64,000 bases of DNA from an uncultured Acidobacteriia bacterium (GCA_903825445.1 CAIKAS010000364.1:26298-90297), one strand, 5' to 3'. Numbered from the stretch's first letter, positions 19,047 through 29,064 are shown. Program-made: numbers and translations. The notes: generated by a model from the letters alone, not told the origin.

Positions 19047-19222
19047 CAGCAATCGCTAACGGCTTCATTTTACGCAGTTAGTGCGTGCTGTAGCGTAGGA
19101 AACGCACCCAATAGTTATTCGCATCACATATCCCCACTCTGATTACAGACCCTTACGCTCCGCACAGTAACGGCCCACGATTTGCAGCGTCCCGTTAACT
19201 GTAAGGAGTTCTCTGCAAAATT

Positions 19223-19549
19223 ATGAATAAAAAGAATGTTCTCATTTTTGGCGCATTAGTTCTTGCCTCTGTGGGCGTTGCGAGTGCGAAGTCGTATTCG
19301 ATTACGCTGACTGCCCCCACGAAAGTTGGTGCGACGACATTAAAGGCCGGAACCTATGAGGTCGAAGTGAAGGGGGCCGATGCAGTTTTCACGAACGCGG
19401 ACGGTAAGTCCGTCAAGGCCGCTGTCAAAGTTGAGCAGAGCGACAAGAAGTTCGGTAATACTGTGGTCGACACGGGCACGAATGCTGGTGCCGATTCCAT
19501 AAAGGAGATCGATCTGGGCGGTTCGACTACTAAGCTGGAATTTCAGTAG
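19223..19549 (+). CDS. small secreted hypothetical protein
   Basis: 108-aa ORF with RBS AAGGAG upstream, signal peptide MNKKNVLIFGALVLASVGVASA and a beta-strand-like alternating sequence. The local region looks AT-richer than its surroundings. Confidence 0.6.
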   Translation: MNKKNVLIFGALVLASVGVASAKSYSITLTAPTKVGATTLKAGTYEVEVKGADAVFTNADGKSVKAAVKVEQSDKKFGNTVVDTGTNAGADSIKEIDLGGSTTKLEFQ

Positions 19550-19560
19550 GAGAACTCTTC

Positions 19561-19602
19561 TTGGGCGGGTAAAGACGTCAAAGTTCGCGCTTACCCGCCC
19601 AA
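19561..19602. terminator. 12-bp perfect hairpin between convergent genes
   Basis: TTGGGCGGGTAA (19561..19572), an 18-nt loop, then TTACCCGCCCAA (19591..19602). The right arm and loop overlap the last codons and stop (19578..19580) of the minus-strand gene. Confidence 0.45.
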
Positions 19603-20387
19603 ACCATATCGTCAAGGAAGAACGATTGGTCCAGTTCCAGCCGACCCATCTTCGCGTTGAACTCCACGCGGTGATCGTCCTTCGTGATCTCATTCGAAGT
19701 CGAGAATTCGTAGACCACGACAGGGCCTTCGGGTTTGTCGATCACCCGTACGCTCGAAGGCTTGATATCCTTCTTGCCGTCGCGTCGCAGGGTGGCTTCC
19801 TTCTTTAATTCAGATTCCAGCTTTTTCTCTTCGCCGATCAGATACCGCCCGGACACGCCGTAAACAGCAATCGCGTAATGCTTGTCGTCGATGACCGGAG
19901 AGTTGTTATCGTGAGCGATCAGCTCCGCCGTGCGAATCGGCATGGCGCTTTCCCAGCGAAGAGTCACCCTGGGTAAATCGTTCGACGAGTCGCCGCCGGG
20001 GTAGCCGCCCTGAGGATAGCCGCCACCCTGCGGGTAGCCTCCGCCCATGCGACGGCCTCCCATGCCCGGCATGCCGATCCCAATCCCGCCAATCCCGATT
20101 CCACCCATGCCCACGCGCGGACGTCCGGAGGATTGACTCCCGCTCGCCGCTCCGAGCGTCGGAGTGAAAGTCTTCACCCACGGAGAATCCGCGATGAACT
20201 GTTTAGCATCCTCCTCTTTCCACTCGGAGATCTGTTTCGATTTCCACGTCGGCTCGGCAGGCGGCGGAGGCGTGGCCAGCGTGGGCCGGTTGGCAGGCGA
20301 GGAACTCTGCGCCAGCACTGCCAGCGCGCATAACGCCACGCCCCAGATTCCGTACATGATTCGTTTCGTCCCGGTCCGGATGATCAT
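19578..20387 (-). CDS. secreted hypothetical protein with Gly/Pro-rich central segment
   Basis: 269-aa ORF (alternative start ATG 20357). It has a signal peptide and a central GMGGIGIGGIGIGMPGMGGRRMGGGYPQGGGYPQGGYPGG segment. I recognise no catalytic motif. Confidence 0.55.
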   Translation of the reverse strand: MIIRTGTKRIMYGIWGVALCALAVLAQSSSPANRPTLATPPPPAEPTWKSKQISEWKEEDAKQFIADSPWVKTFTPTLGAASGSQSSGRPRVGMGGIGIGGIGIGMPGMGGRRMGGGYPQGGGYPQGGYPGGDSSNDLPRVTLRWESAMPIRTAELIAHDNNSPVIDDKHYAIAVYGVSGRYLIGEEKKLESELKKEATLRRDGKKDIKPSSVRVIDKPEGPVVVYEFSTSNEITKDDHRVEFNAKMGRLELDQSFFLDDMVWAGKREL

Positions 20388-20520
20388 TCGTTCCCTCTAC
20401 TCGCCATGTTACTGGACGCCGGGAGCGAAAATTCAGTTTCCGGAAAGGATGCAAGACGCCGCCACCGCCGCCAGCGTACCCGGTCTGGCACGCTGGAAAC
20501 ACTGAAAGGCCCGAGGGCGA

Positions 20521-21897
20521 TTACCCCAGGAAGCCCAAATTGGCATTCGGGAAGTTGCCGATGTACGGAACAACCGTGGACAGACTCGAGGCTGGCACGC
20601 CAAACCACGTCGCCAGCGTTGCCGCATACTGTTCCACCGACGTTGTCGGAATCAGTATTCCCCGATAGTTCGCGTCGTTCGCACCGCCCAGGGTGAGCGA
20701 CGGAAACTGGCCGCAGAACTGGCCACCCAGCAGCGATCCGCCCGAACTCTTCCCCGTCCCGACGACGATGTGATGATTCCCCCAGGCATGGTCTGTGCCT
20801 GCGTTGCCGTTCGGCTGCAGTGTGCGCCCGAATTCGGAAGCCGTGAACGTCACCACGTCTTTATCCGCCCCCAGTTCCTGCGAAAGGCACGTGTACAATG
20901 CCCCGACTGACTGGCTCAGGTCCCCCAGCAACGGATCCTGATTCCCGATCTGCATGCCATGGGTATCAAACCCACCCAGCTGACAGAAGAAAACCTGGCG
21001 ATTAATCCCGAGCGCGGATTGAATGCTGATGATCTTCGCCACCGTCAGGAGCTGCTGTCCGAGCACGGAGACCGGAAAGGCCGTATTGATGTGCGCGGCG
21101 GCGATGGCCGCATTCAGCGCCTTCGAGAATCCGACGCCCCGGCCAGTGATGGTATTCGCGGCCTGCACCAGCTTCAATCCGTTATCGAATGCCAGCATAT
21201 TCTGGAATGCGTTAATGCGGTTGCTGTCCGTAGCGCCAATCAGATTCGACGCCCCGCCCACCGGCACCGTCGATGCATACGTGTTCTGCCCCGTGCAAAA
21301 TAAGCCGCAGCCGGAGGTGGAGGTAATGGGCGAGAACGCCGCGCCCGCATTCTGCGCCGCAAGCGCGTCTTCGGCCAAACCGCCCCAGCCCGTGTACGCC
21401 CCACCGTTCGGAACCGTCGTCTGCCACTGGTTGACCTGATCGGCGTGGGAATACAGCGCAGAGGGAAAGTCGGCCGGATTGTTCGCCTGCAATGTGGTCT
21501 TGTCGATCGGCTTCACCAGCGTGCCGACGTTGGGAATGATCGCTGCATTGCCGGCGTTGTAGAGCGCCGCAATTTCAGGCATCAGCGGGTGCAGCCCGTA
21601 TGTATCGCCGCCGTTCTGAATCACCTGCAAACCCGCCTGCGGCAGCGCCAGCGTCTGGCGTGCCTGAAAGTAATCGCTGTAACCCTCCTGCAGGGACGGC
21701 ACGGAGATCGGGATCACCGTGTTGTGGCCATCGTTGCCACCGGCGAGGAAGATGCAAATCAGCGCCTGGTAGCCGGCACTCACGCCGGAAGCCAGCGCGT
21801 TCATCTCGCCGAATTTCGCAAGGCCGCCGTAGGCGCCCAGTGCCGCCACCGAACGCAGCGTCGTTTTCATGAAGTCTCGTCTGGATCGAATAAGCAT
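20521..21897 (-). CDS. DUF1501 domain-containing protein (sulfatase-like fold, Tat signal)
   Basis: 458-aa ORF with the twin-arginine signal SRRDFMKTTLRSVAALGA. The motifs GGNDGHNTVIP, GGFDTH and GTDHAWGNHH are typical of DUF1501. It lies 40 nt downstream of a DUF1800 gene. Confidence 0.75.
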   Translation of the reverse strand: MLIRSRRDFMKTTLRSVAALGAYGGLAKFGEMNALASGVSAGYQALICIFLAGGNDGHNTVIPISVPSLQEGYSDYFQARQTLALPQAGLQVIQNGGDTYGLHPLMPEIAALYNAGNAAIIPNVGTLVKPIDKTTLQANNPADFPSALYSHADQVNQWQTTVPNGGAYTGWGGLAEDALAAQNAGAAFSPITSTSGCGLFCTGQNTYASTVPVGGASNLIGATDSNRINAFQNMLAFDNGLKLVQAANTITGRGVGFSKALNAAIAAAHINTAFPVSVLGQQLLTVAKIISIQSALGINRQVFFCQLGGFDTHGMQIGNQDPLLGDLSQSVGALYTCLSQELGADKDVVTFTASEFGRTLQPNGNAGTDHAWGNHHIVVGTGKSSGGSLLGGQFCGQFPSLTLGGANDANYRGILIPTTSVEQYAATLATWFGVPASSLSTVVPYIGNFPNANLGFLG

Positions 21898-21937
21898 TTC
21901 GTTTTCTCCTCTTTTTGATCGATTTTTGGGCTGCGGT

Positions 21938-24900
21938 TTAATGCCAGACGTTGTAATAGTTCGAAACGAGCGTCAGGTAGACGGCTGTCTCCACCCGATG
22001 CAGCGCTCCGTTCTGGTCTCCGTTCACTGCGTTGGTGATAATTGTCTGAAGCCCCTGCGGCATTGTGCCTTCAGTCAGCGTCATATTCACCGCGCTCACC
22101 AGCGTTGCCGGAGTACCGGCCAGAGCGAGGAACGGCGTCAGATCCACCGTCGTCCCCTGCCCGTTCGAAAGCATCGGATTGGAGTACGAATTGGTCAGAT
22201 TCGCGACGAAGTTCTCGCGCAGAATCGATGCGTTCGGGTTATCCAGCTGGAACTCCGGTCCCAGCAGCCCGCCGGTGCCACCCACCACAAAACTCGGCGA
22301 GTCGTAGTTAAATACGCTGGCCGGATTGAAGATGTCCTGTCCCATGCTGGCCATCACGGAGCTGTACCAGTTCTGGTCCGTCATCTGTCCCCCGAACGCA
22401 CGGACCACACCGGCTATCAAAAGTGCCGGTTCCTGCAGGTGACCGTCCGTCGGCAGATCGTTGCCGCCTTCATCGTTGGCGCGCGCTTCGGGATCGAGTA
22501 GGATTGCCGTAATCACCGTCGGCATGTCGCCCTTGCTTTGGGTGAACGCCGCCGCCACCCGCTGCACATATTGAGGCGTAGGGTTGCTCTTCACCATACG
22601 CTCGATGAGTTGCTTTGAAATGAAAGGCGCCGTGTTCGGATGGGCCGCCAGATAACCCAGAACACCGTTCAGATCATCCTGCGGGGAGAGACCTGCCGGC
22701 GCGCTATAACTCATCACTGTCTTGGCTCCCGTGTCGTGTTCGGATCCGAACGGCACCATCGGCGCACTCGGATTGATATATGCGCCGAAGATCGGTGGCT
22801 GGCTCGCGCTGCCTGCCGCGTACGTCCAGCCAGTGAAAATACGCGCCATGTTTTGGATGTCCGGCTCGCCGTACAAAGCGATGGGCAGGCCATTCACGTC
22901 GAGCGGCCACGTTCCATCCTGGTTTAGGACCTTCGTGCCGATGCTCATGAGTTGCATGACTTCGCGCGCGTAGTTCTCGTTCGCGGACGTACCAAGCACG
23001 GGATCGGCCTTCTCGTTGTTGGCCATGTCGAGGTAGTAACCCATGCAAGGGCTGAGCGTGACGTCGGTCAGGATCTGCGTGTAATTCGTGAACGCGTCGT
23101 TCAGCAGCATTTCCTGATACGGAATCATCACGTCGTTCCAGAGGACCTTTGTAAGCGAAGTCACAAAAATCTGACTCAGCGCAAACGCCACCTTTTGCCG
23201 CAACTGATCGGGGTTCGTCACCGCGTTGGCAAGGAACGACGCTGGCATTCCACCCTGGGATTGCCCTGCCACATCCTGGTAGTTGGAAACCGGTGTCATG
23301 GCAAACTGCTCGTTGAGCCACGCCTGAAAGCCGATCGCCTGTACGTGCGCGGCATCCGCGGGTGTCGGTCCAAAGCCGGCTTGCTGCAGGAATCGCCGGG
23401 CCGCCGCGACAGAGACCAGCGCATTGGGAACACCCACCTGCACCGTGAACGGCTGCGACGATATCGAAGCATTTGTGACCACCAGATTGGCCTGCCCGGA
23501 TTGACCGTAGAAGCCCGTGATGTTGATCGATCCGCCGGCAAACGTTGCTGTGAGCGGCGTCCCGCCCAGAGTGACGGTCGATTGTGCCGTGAAGCCCGTG
23601 CCCGCTACAGTGGCGGCGAAAACGCCGAGCGGCAACTGATTATTCGTTCCCACTGCCGAAACCACTGGTGTCGGCGGCGTAATCGTGATCGCCGCGGTCG
23701 CGGTGCCGTTTGGTCCCGTAACCGTGACCGTGTCGGTACCCGATGCCGGCCAAACCGCAGGCGCGGTATAGAAACCGGCCGATGTGATCGTCCCGTTCAG
23801 CGCTGTCCAGTTGGTCGCGCCGGCCGATAAGAACTGCTGCGTCCCACCTACATTCAGCGTCAGTGCAGCCGGCGCAATCAGTTGCGGATTCGGATTGATG
23901 AGCGTTACGGTGGCTGTCGCATTGCCGCCCGGCCCCGTAGCCGTGATCGTGACCGTGGCCGAGGCAGGCATCACAGCGGGCGCGGTATAAAAGCCGCCGG
24001 ATGTGATAGTGCCTGCCGTGGCCGTGAATGCAGTGGCGCCCGCGGAGTTGAACTGCTGCGTCGCCCCAAGGTTCAGCGACGCCGTCGTCGGCGCGATAGC
24101 CTGCGGCGGCGGTGGTCCTGTGTTGACGTTCACCGTGATGGAATTACTGCACGCCGACCCGGGGTTCTTCACGCAAAATGTACTCGTGGGAGCCGATCCC
24201 TGATAGATCGTCGCCAGCACCGTGCCCGCCGTGACTGAATCGGCGGGGTACTGAATCATGCTCTGGTTGCCGAAGCTGTCATAGACCAGCGCGCCACTGA
24301 GGAATCCGGAACCGAGAATGGTGACTTGTACTGTACCCACAGAGAGCGGACTCGGCCCCACCGACGTCAGCACTGGTGCGGCACCCGAGCCACCGGAACT
24401 CGGCATGGACGAAGAAGAACCCACCGAAACCGTGATCGAGTTACTGCACGCTGTGCCTGGATTCTTCACGCAGAAGGTCGCGGTGGTTGCCGTGCCCTGA
24501 TAAATCGTCGCCAGCACTGCGCCCGCGGAGACTTGGTCCGCGGCGTATTGAATCATGCTCTGGCTGCCGTAACTCTGGTAAACCAGAGCGCCCGCTTGAA
24601 ACCCGGAGCCGGAGAGCGTGATCTGTTCCGTGCCAACCGGAAGCGGACTGGGTCCGACCATGGTGAGCACAGGAACGCCCGATGAACCACTCCCGCCGGA
24701 TGAGCCGTTGCCCGAAGAACTGCCACTCCCGCCCGAAGAGCTTCCACCCGATGAACCACCCGCACTTCCAACTGCCACCGTGATTGAGTTGCTGCACGCT
24801 GTCCCCGCGTTCTTTACGCAGAACGTGCTGCTGGTCGCGGCCCCCTGATAAATGCTGACTGTGATGCTTCCCGGCGAAACCGAGATCGGGGCATACTGGA

Positions 24901-25381
24901 TCATGCTCTGGCCCCCAAAGCTGTCGTACACCATCGCGTTAGCCTGAAACCCCGAGCCAAGGATCGTGACAGTATCGGTACCGACCGGAAGGGGACCGGG
25001 TGATACCGACGTAATGACGGGAGGCGGAGGCATAACCGTGACGCTGCCGCTCGCCGAATATTTGTTCCCGTTCGTATCTGTCACAACAAGCAGAATCGGT
25101 TCTGAATTCTGCGGTACGCTCGCGGGAGCTGTATACAAGCCCCCTGTTAGCCCGGTCGTAATGGTTCCCGTGGAGGCGCTTCCACCCTGCACATTCGCCA
25201 CTTCCCACTTCATGGCCGCGATCGTAAAGCCACTGGCTGTCGCGGTGAATTGAACCGTTCCGCCGACCCCCACCGTGACATATCCGGTTGGCGCGAGCGT
25301 CAGGCTCTGCGCCTCAACGCCCCCCGCGAAAAGTAAAGCGAAGCCCGCCAGCATGGCGGCCCTGCATGATGTAGCAAACAT
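21938..25381 (-). CDS. DUF1800 domain-containing protein with ~650-aa N-terminal Ig-like repeat extension
   Basis: 1147-aa ORF with a signal peptide. The C-terminal ~490 aa resembles DUF1800 (RRFLQQAGFGPTP..., ENYAREVMQLMSIG). The N-terminus holds Big_2-like (TQQFxSAGAT...GxYTAPA) and IPT/TIG-like modules. Confidence 0.7.
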   Translation of the reverse strand: MFATSCRAAMLAGFALLFAGGVEAQSLTLAPTGYVTVGVGGTVQFTATASGFTIAAMKWEVANVQGGSASTGTITTGLTGGLYTAPASVPQNSEPILLVVTDTNGNKYSASGSVTVMPPPPVITSVSPGPLPVGTDTVTILGSGFQANAMVYDSFGGQSMIQYAPISVSPGSITVSIYQGAATSSTFCVKNAGTACSNSITVAVGSAGGSSGGSSSGGSGSSSGNGSSGGSGSSGVPVLTMVGPSPLPVGTEQITLSGSGFQAGALVYQSYGSQSMIQYAADQVSAGAVLATIYQGTATTATFCVKNPGTACSNSITVSVGSSSSMPSSGGSGAAPVLTSVGPSPLSVGTVQVTILGSGFLSGALVYDSFGNQSMIQYPADSVTAGTVLATIYQGSAPTSTFCVKNPGSACSNSITVNVNTGPPPPQAIAPTTASLNLGATQQFNSAGATAFTATAGTITSGGFYTAPAVMPASATVTITATGPGGNATATVTLINPNPQLIAPAALTLNVGGTQQFLSAGATNWTALNGTITSAGFYTAPAVWPASGTDTVTVTGPNGTATAAITITPPTPVVSAVGTNNQLPLGVFAATVAGTGFTAQSTVTLGGTPLTATFAGGSINITGFYGQSGQANLVVTNASISSQPFTVQVGVPNALVSVAAARRFLQQAGFGPTPADAAHVQAIGFQAWLNEQFAMTPVSNYQDVAGQSQGGMPASFLANAVTNPDQLRQKVAFALSQIFVTSLTKVLWNDVMIPYQEMLLNDAFTNYTQILTDVTLSPCMGYYLDMANNEKADPVLGTSANENYAREVMQLMSIGTKVLNQDGTWPLDVNGLPIALYGEPDIQNMARIFTGWTYAAGSASQPPIFGAYINPSAPMVPFGSEHDTGAKTVMSYSAPAGLSPQDDLNGVLGYLAAHPNTAPFISKQLIERMVKSNPTPQYVQRVAAAFTQSKGDMPTVITAILLDPEARANDEGGNDLPTDGHLQEPALLIAGVVRAFGGQMTDQNWYSSVMASMGQDIFNPASVFNYDSPSFVVGGTGGLLGPEFQLDNPNASILRENFVANLTNSYSNPMLSNGQGTTVDLTPFLALAGTPATLVSAVNMTLTEGTMPQGLQTIITNAVNGDQNGALHRVETAVYLTLVSNYYNVWH
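24122..25030 (-). repeat. three tandem ~90-100-codon IPT/TIG-like repeats separated by Ser/Gly linkers (inside the DUF1800 gene)
   Basis: Protein aa ~118-206, 236-322 and 335-420 share P(V/I)(L/I)TSVxPxPLxVGTxxxTILGSGFxxxAxVYDSFGxQSMIQY...TFCVKNxGxACSNSITV. The DNA shows a recurring CTGCACGC...TTCTTCACGCA block at ~24150, ~24450 and ~24800. Confidence 0.85.
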
Positions 25382-26074
25382 TTATTTGGACCCTCCTGTG
25401 ATTGCATTTGTACTTTTGACCCGTTTGAAAAAGAGCACTGCCAGTGGCAGCGAAAAAAGAAGAAACGTACCCGGCTCCGGTGTCATCGTGTACGCATTCC
25501 CAAACGCAAAGCTGTTGTCGTTGTCGGTGGAAAGTGTTACTGATGCGATATCGATACTGTCGTCCAGAATTCCGACGAATTGCGTCGGCGAATCAATAGT
25601 GACGGAGCCGATCAGGACGTCCGCCGCGTTGTATGCGGCGAGCGTAGCCGAACCGATCGGAGTGAAGCCGTAAAGGTTAATACCGAAGCCGTCGACGTTC
25701 CCTTGCGTAAAGGTGAACGTAATTGGATTCTGCGGTAGCTCTTCAAACAGGACATAGTCGTAATCCACGTCGCCGGTGAGGCCAAGCGTGAAAGTGTCCG
25801 AAGAGTAGAACTCGCCACCGAGAGGATCGGTCGCGGTCATCGAAAACGGGGTCACCGGGTAGTCGAGACCAGTTGCCTGCAGGACTCCCGTGGCATCGGC
25901 GGTAACAACATTGCTGAGCGCAAAGTCGCCCCATGCCCCCGGAAATTCGTCCGCAAACCAGGTGGCCCAGCTCACACTTTCACCGCTTGTGAACGCCGCC
26001 TGGTCGGTCGTGCTCGTAAGTGTGTCGGCGTGAGTGGCGGCCGCCACCGCGCCCAGAAAAGCGATGTACAGCAT
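25382..26074 (-). CDS. PEP-CTERM sorting domain-containing protein
   Basis: ORF 25382..26275. I moved the start to ATG 26074, giving signal peptide MLYIAFLGAVAAATHA. The C-terminus PEPGTFLLFSLPLAVLFFKRVK matches PEP-CTERM (PEP motif, TM segment, basic tail). Its stop abuts the start codon of the DUF1800 gene with no gap. Confidence 0.75.
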   Translation of the reverse strand: MLYIAFLGAVAAATHADTLTSTTDQAAFTSGESVSWATWFADEFPGAWGDFALSNVVTADATGVLQATGLDYPVTPFSMTATDPLGGEFYSSDTFTLGLTGDVDYDYVLFEELPQNPITFTFTQGNVDGFGINLYGFTPIGSATLAAYNAADVLIGSVTIDSPTQFVGILDDSIDIASVTLSTDNDNSFAFGNAYTMTPEPGTFLLFSLPLAVLFFKRVKSTNAITGGSK

Positions 26075-26367
26075 CGTTCTCCCACAGGCGTTCAAATATT
26101 TCCTCGCGATCCTGACAGCCCCGGTGAGACTTGATGGGGCGCCACGGGGGTGCAACGTTAGGCAGCTGGTGATTGGGACAAACGGAGGTGGGGATACCAA
26201 TCCGTCGTGAGACAGTCGCATGTTCGATTCCTCCTGTTGGCAAGGAAGGTCGGGCGACCAGTGGTCCGCATCCACCTCCGCTTTTGCCTGCCACCAGCGC
26301 GATCATCTGCCAGTGGCTTACACCCCTGTAATGGGTGAGGAAAAAACGATATTGGAAATGGCCGAAA

Positions 26368-29064
26368 TTATTTTAGGCTGGCAGCGTCGCCAATTGCGAT
26401 GAACCCCGCCCAGTAGAACGGATGCAGGCGTCCTGGTGTCCGCATAATGTCGAGCGAAGCCTGCCGCAGGGCCTCATCCACGTTTCCGCTCGTCTTGCGC
26501 GCTGCCGCACTCGCCCCCGTCAATCGACGATGGAAATCAATCATGAGATCACCCGTAGCAGCGGAATCAACCTTCCACTGGCTCATCACGGAAACGCGGG
26601 CGCCGGCAGCCAGCACCGCCCAGCCCAGACCCATGACGCCATCACCCTGGCCAATCTTGCCCCGCGCGGTTTCACACGCGGAAAGCACTACCAGATTCGC
26701 CCGTAGCCGCATCCCCAGCAAATCTCGCGCCGTGAGCGCGCCATCGCTTGCTACTGACTTACCCGACGCTTTCGGTTTATTTTGCGAGAAAACCAAAAAA
26801 GACTCGAGTGGATGGTTGGTCTCTGTCTCCGCATGAGAAGTGATATGGATGACATCCGCACCTGCTGCGTTCTCACGAAACAACCCGACATTCGCCTGAT
26901 CGCCCGTCAGCAGCATTGATGCCGTGGATCCGTACAGCGTGGCCAGTGCCTTCGCTTCGCGATCCGCATCGGGGATAGGCGCCATTCCCTCCACCACCGG
27001 GTTTGCCACGGCCAGCAGCTTGGTCCGCGGCGGTTCCTTCACCGCCGGACGTTCCTGCAGTTGTCTCAGTACCGAGAACGACGGCGCATAACTGAGAGAG
27101 CGCGTTTCCAAAACATGTTTGCCCTGCGGGTCCATCAATGCCTGGAAAGGAACGTCCCATAGCGCCCCGTCCGGCGAAATCACCCAGCGAGTCGTGCCGC
27201 GCAAAGCAACCGAGGCCGGCGCAATCAGGGCATCGTACAACGCTCTCGCCGAAACGCGATAGTCCAGATCGCGGGCCCCGATCTGCGCGCGGAAGGAGCG
27301 AATCAAGGCGTCCAGTTTGCCGATCTCGGCCATGCGGAACATCCGAACTTCGGGCGTGCCTGTCCGGTCGTTCCCCCCCCTGCGCACCACGAAAAGCTCC
27401 ACCGAGTCCGGCAGCACGAAATAGCTGAGCAGTGCAGTCTGGTCGCCCGGCGCCAGTGCCGTCAGATCTTCCGCGCGAATCTCGCGCGGCGATGCGCGCT
27501 GCAATACGAGTTCCGGATGCCTCGAGAACAGGCGGACGTGGACGTCCTCTTCCGTTCGAAGCGCGTTTTCGAGCGCCGCCTTCGTGCCGGCGCTCGGCTT
27601 CGTAATGGCCGCCAGACGAGCGCGCGCAACCCCTTCGCGGACTTGCTGTTCTTCGGCCCGCTCACCCGGATCGGCCAGAGTGTCAAGCCCGGGCTGGCCA
27701 CCGTCAAGCATGTCGAGCAGAACACGCCCCTTCGCCCGGTCCGCCAGCTGCAACGCGGCCATTGCTTTTCCGGCATGAATCGCGTGGCTGACGGCGTATT
27801 GGTACGCGGGCATCCACTCATCCAGTTCCCCCTGCAATCCCGCAGCCGAGGCCGGCGCATCTTCCCGCCGGTTCTCGATGATCGAAAGCGCTTCGCCATA
27901 CGTCCGTTCGGCGTCTCCATCGCGCCCCGCTGCCTCGAACGCGCGCGCCTCCGCTGTCAGGCCATTGACGATCAGGTCGGGGCTTTCCGATTCCCTTGCC
28001 ATCCGCAGCGATTCCGCGCCCTCTTTCATAGCTTCAGCGCTGTCGCCTTCGTCCGCCGCAATCTCCGAAATTTGCGCCAGTGCGGAACTTGCTTCGCCAA
28101 GATCGTGCTGCGTAAGCGATACGCTCAGCGCCTGCTCCGCGGAGGTCCGTGCCTCGGGAAGTTTTCCCATACGGTGCTGAAGAACGGCAAGATTGACAAA
28201 TATTCCAGCGCGAATTCGCCAGAGATTTGGAGCGGTGGATGCCGCAATGCCGGCAAGATAGGCAGTCTCCGCATCGGCATAGTGACGCAGGCGCTCCTCG
28301 CAAATACCGATAGAATTCATCTCGTACGCGGTGGGAGATTTCAGCGTGCGCAGCATCCGCAGCGCAGTCTCGTAATCGCCAAGCTCCCCGTATACCGCAG
28401 CCAGATTTCCAAGGGCGCGGGTATAATCGTCACCAACTCCCGATACACGGCTGATCTCATAGGCTCTCTCGTTGAGAGGCAACTCCTCTCGGAGTCGCCC
28501 GAGTTCACCCAGGATCTGCGCCTGAGTCGTCAACGCATGAAGCACCGGGAGGGGCTTGCCTGACTTCTCAGCCAGGTCGAGTTCCCTCGCGCTGATGGGC
28601 AGCGCCTCCTGAAATCGGCCAATGCGCTGAAGACTATTAGCCACTCCGTGAAGGTTTTCCACCAGGAACTCGGCGTCCCCCGTTTTTTCGGCGGCTACCA
28701 CGCCCTCGCGATAAGAAGACAGTGCGGCATCGCTTTGTCCCAGATACGAGTGGCACAACCCGATCCGCCTGAAATACATCGGCATCGGCGCATCGTTGCC
28801 GATTTCCCGCGCAAGAACGCTCGCCGTCTCATAAGCGTTCAGCGCGGCCGCATAATCTTTCGCATCGAAGCCGGTGGCCGCAACTGTTTCAATCTGTCCA
28901 AGTGCAGCTCCAAGGTCGGTTCGGGCCTGTCCGTGCAAGAGCTGTCCTCGCTCTTCTGCTGTTTTGGCCGCGAGCAGGCGAGACACCAGATCCGTGTCCG
29001 CGGCGGGACTCAGGGCGGCGCACAACCCGAATACAGCGATGAGAAGAAGCACCCGGACCCGCAT
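26368..29064 (-). CDS. secreted TPR-repeat + CHAT domain protein (caspase-like protease fold)
   Basis: 898-aa ORF with signal peptide MRVRVLLLIAVFGLCAALSPA. The N-terminal ~450 aa consists of TPR-like repeats. The C-terminal CHAT region has HITSHAE (His) and NLVVLSACETARG (Cys). Confidence 0.8.
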   Translation of the reverse strand: MRVRVLLLIAVFGLCAALSPAADTDLVSRLLAAKTAEERGQLLHGQARTDLGAALGQIETVAATGFDAKDYAAALNAYETASVLAREIGNDAPMPMYFRRIGLCHSYLGQSDAALSSYREGVVAAEKTGDAEFLVENLHGVANSLQRIGRFQEALPISARELDLAEKSGKPLPVLHALTTQAQILGELGRLREELPLNERAYEISRVSGVGDDYTRALGNLAAVYGELGDYETALRMLRTLKSPTAYEMNSIGICEERLRHYADAETAYLAGIAASTAPNLWRIRAGIFVNLAVLQHRMGKLPEARTSAEQALSVSLTQHDLGEASSALAQISEIAADEGDSAEAMKEGAESLRMARESESPDLIVNGLTAEARAFEAAGRDGDAERTYGEALSIIENRREDAPASAAGLQGELDEWMPAYQYAVSHAIHAGKAMAALQLADRAKGRVLLDMLDGGQPGLDTLADPGERAEEQQVREGVARARLAAITKPSAGTKAALENALRTEEDVHVRLFSRHPELVLQRASPREIRAEDLTALAPGDQTALLSYFVLPDSVELFVVRRGGNDRTGTPEVRMFRMAEIGKLDALIRSFRAQIGARDLDYRVSARALYDALIAPASVALRGTTRWVISPDGALWDVPFQALMDPQGKHVLETRSLSYAPSFSVLRQLQERPAVKEPPRTKLLAVANPVVEGMAPIPDADREAKALATLYGSTASMLLTGDQANVGLFRENAAGADVIHITSHAETETNHPLESFLVFSQNKPKASGKSVASDGALTARDLLGMRLRANLVVLSACETARGKIGQGDGVMGLGWAVLAAGARVSVMSQWKVDSAATGDLMIDFHRRLTGASAAARKTSGNVDEALRQASLDIMRTPGRLHPFYWAGFIAIGDAASLK

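Noticed and set aside
23784-24848. Series of similar plus-strand ORFs (23784, 24003, 24318, 24618: ...ELLHA.PGFFTQ(N/K)V...)
   Set aside because: They are antisense images of the tandem Ig-like repeats of the DUF1800 gene, and their mutual similarity only reflects the repeat.
26222-26242. GTTCGATTCCTCCTGTTGGCA, resembling a tRNA T-loop, T-stem and acceptor 3' end
   Set aside because: No complementary 5' T-stem (GGAGG) precedes the loop, and there is no matching acceptor 5' strand (GCCAACA) or anticodon arm within 90 nt upstream. It is not a tRNA gene. It could be a tRNA-3'-end remnant (an old att site), but no integrase or second repeat copy in the window supports that.
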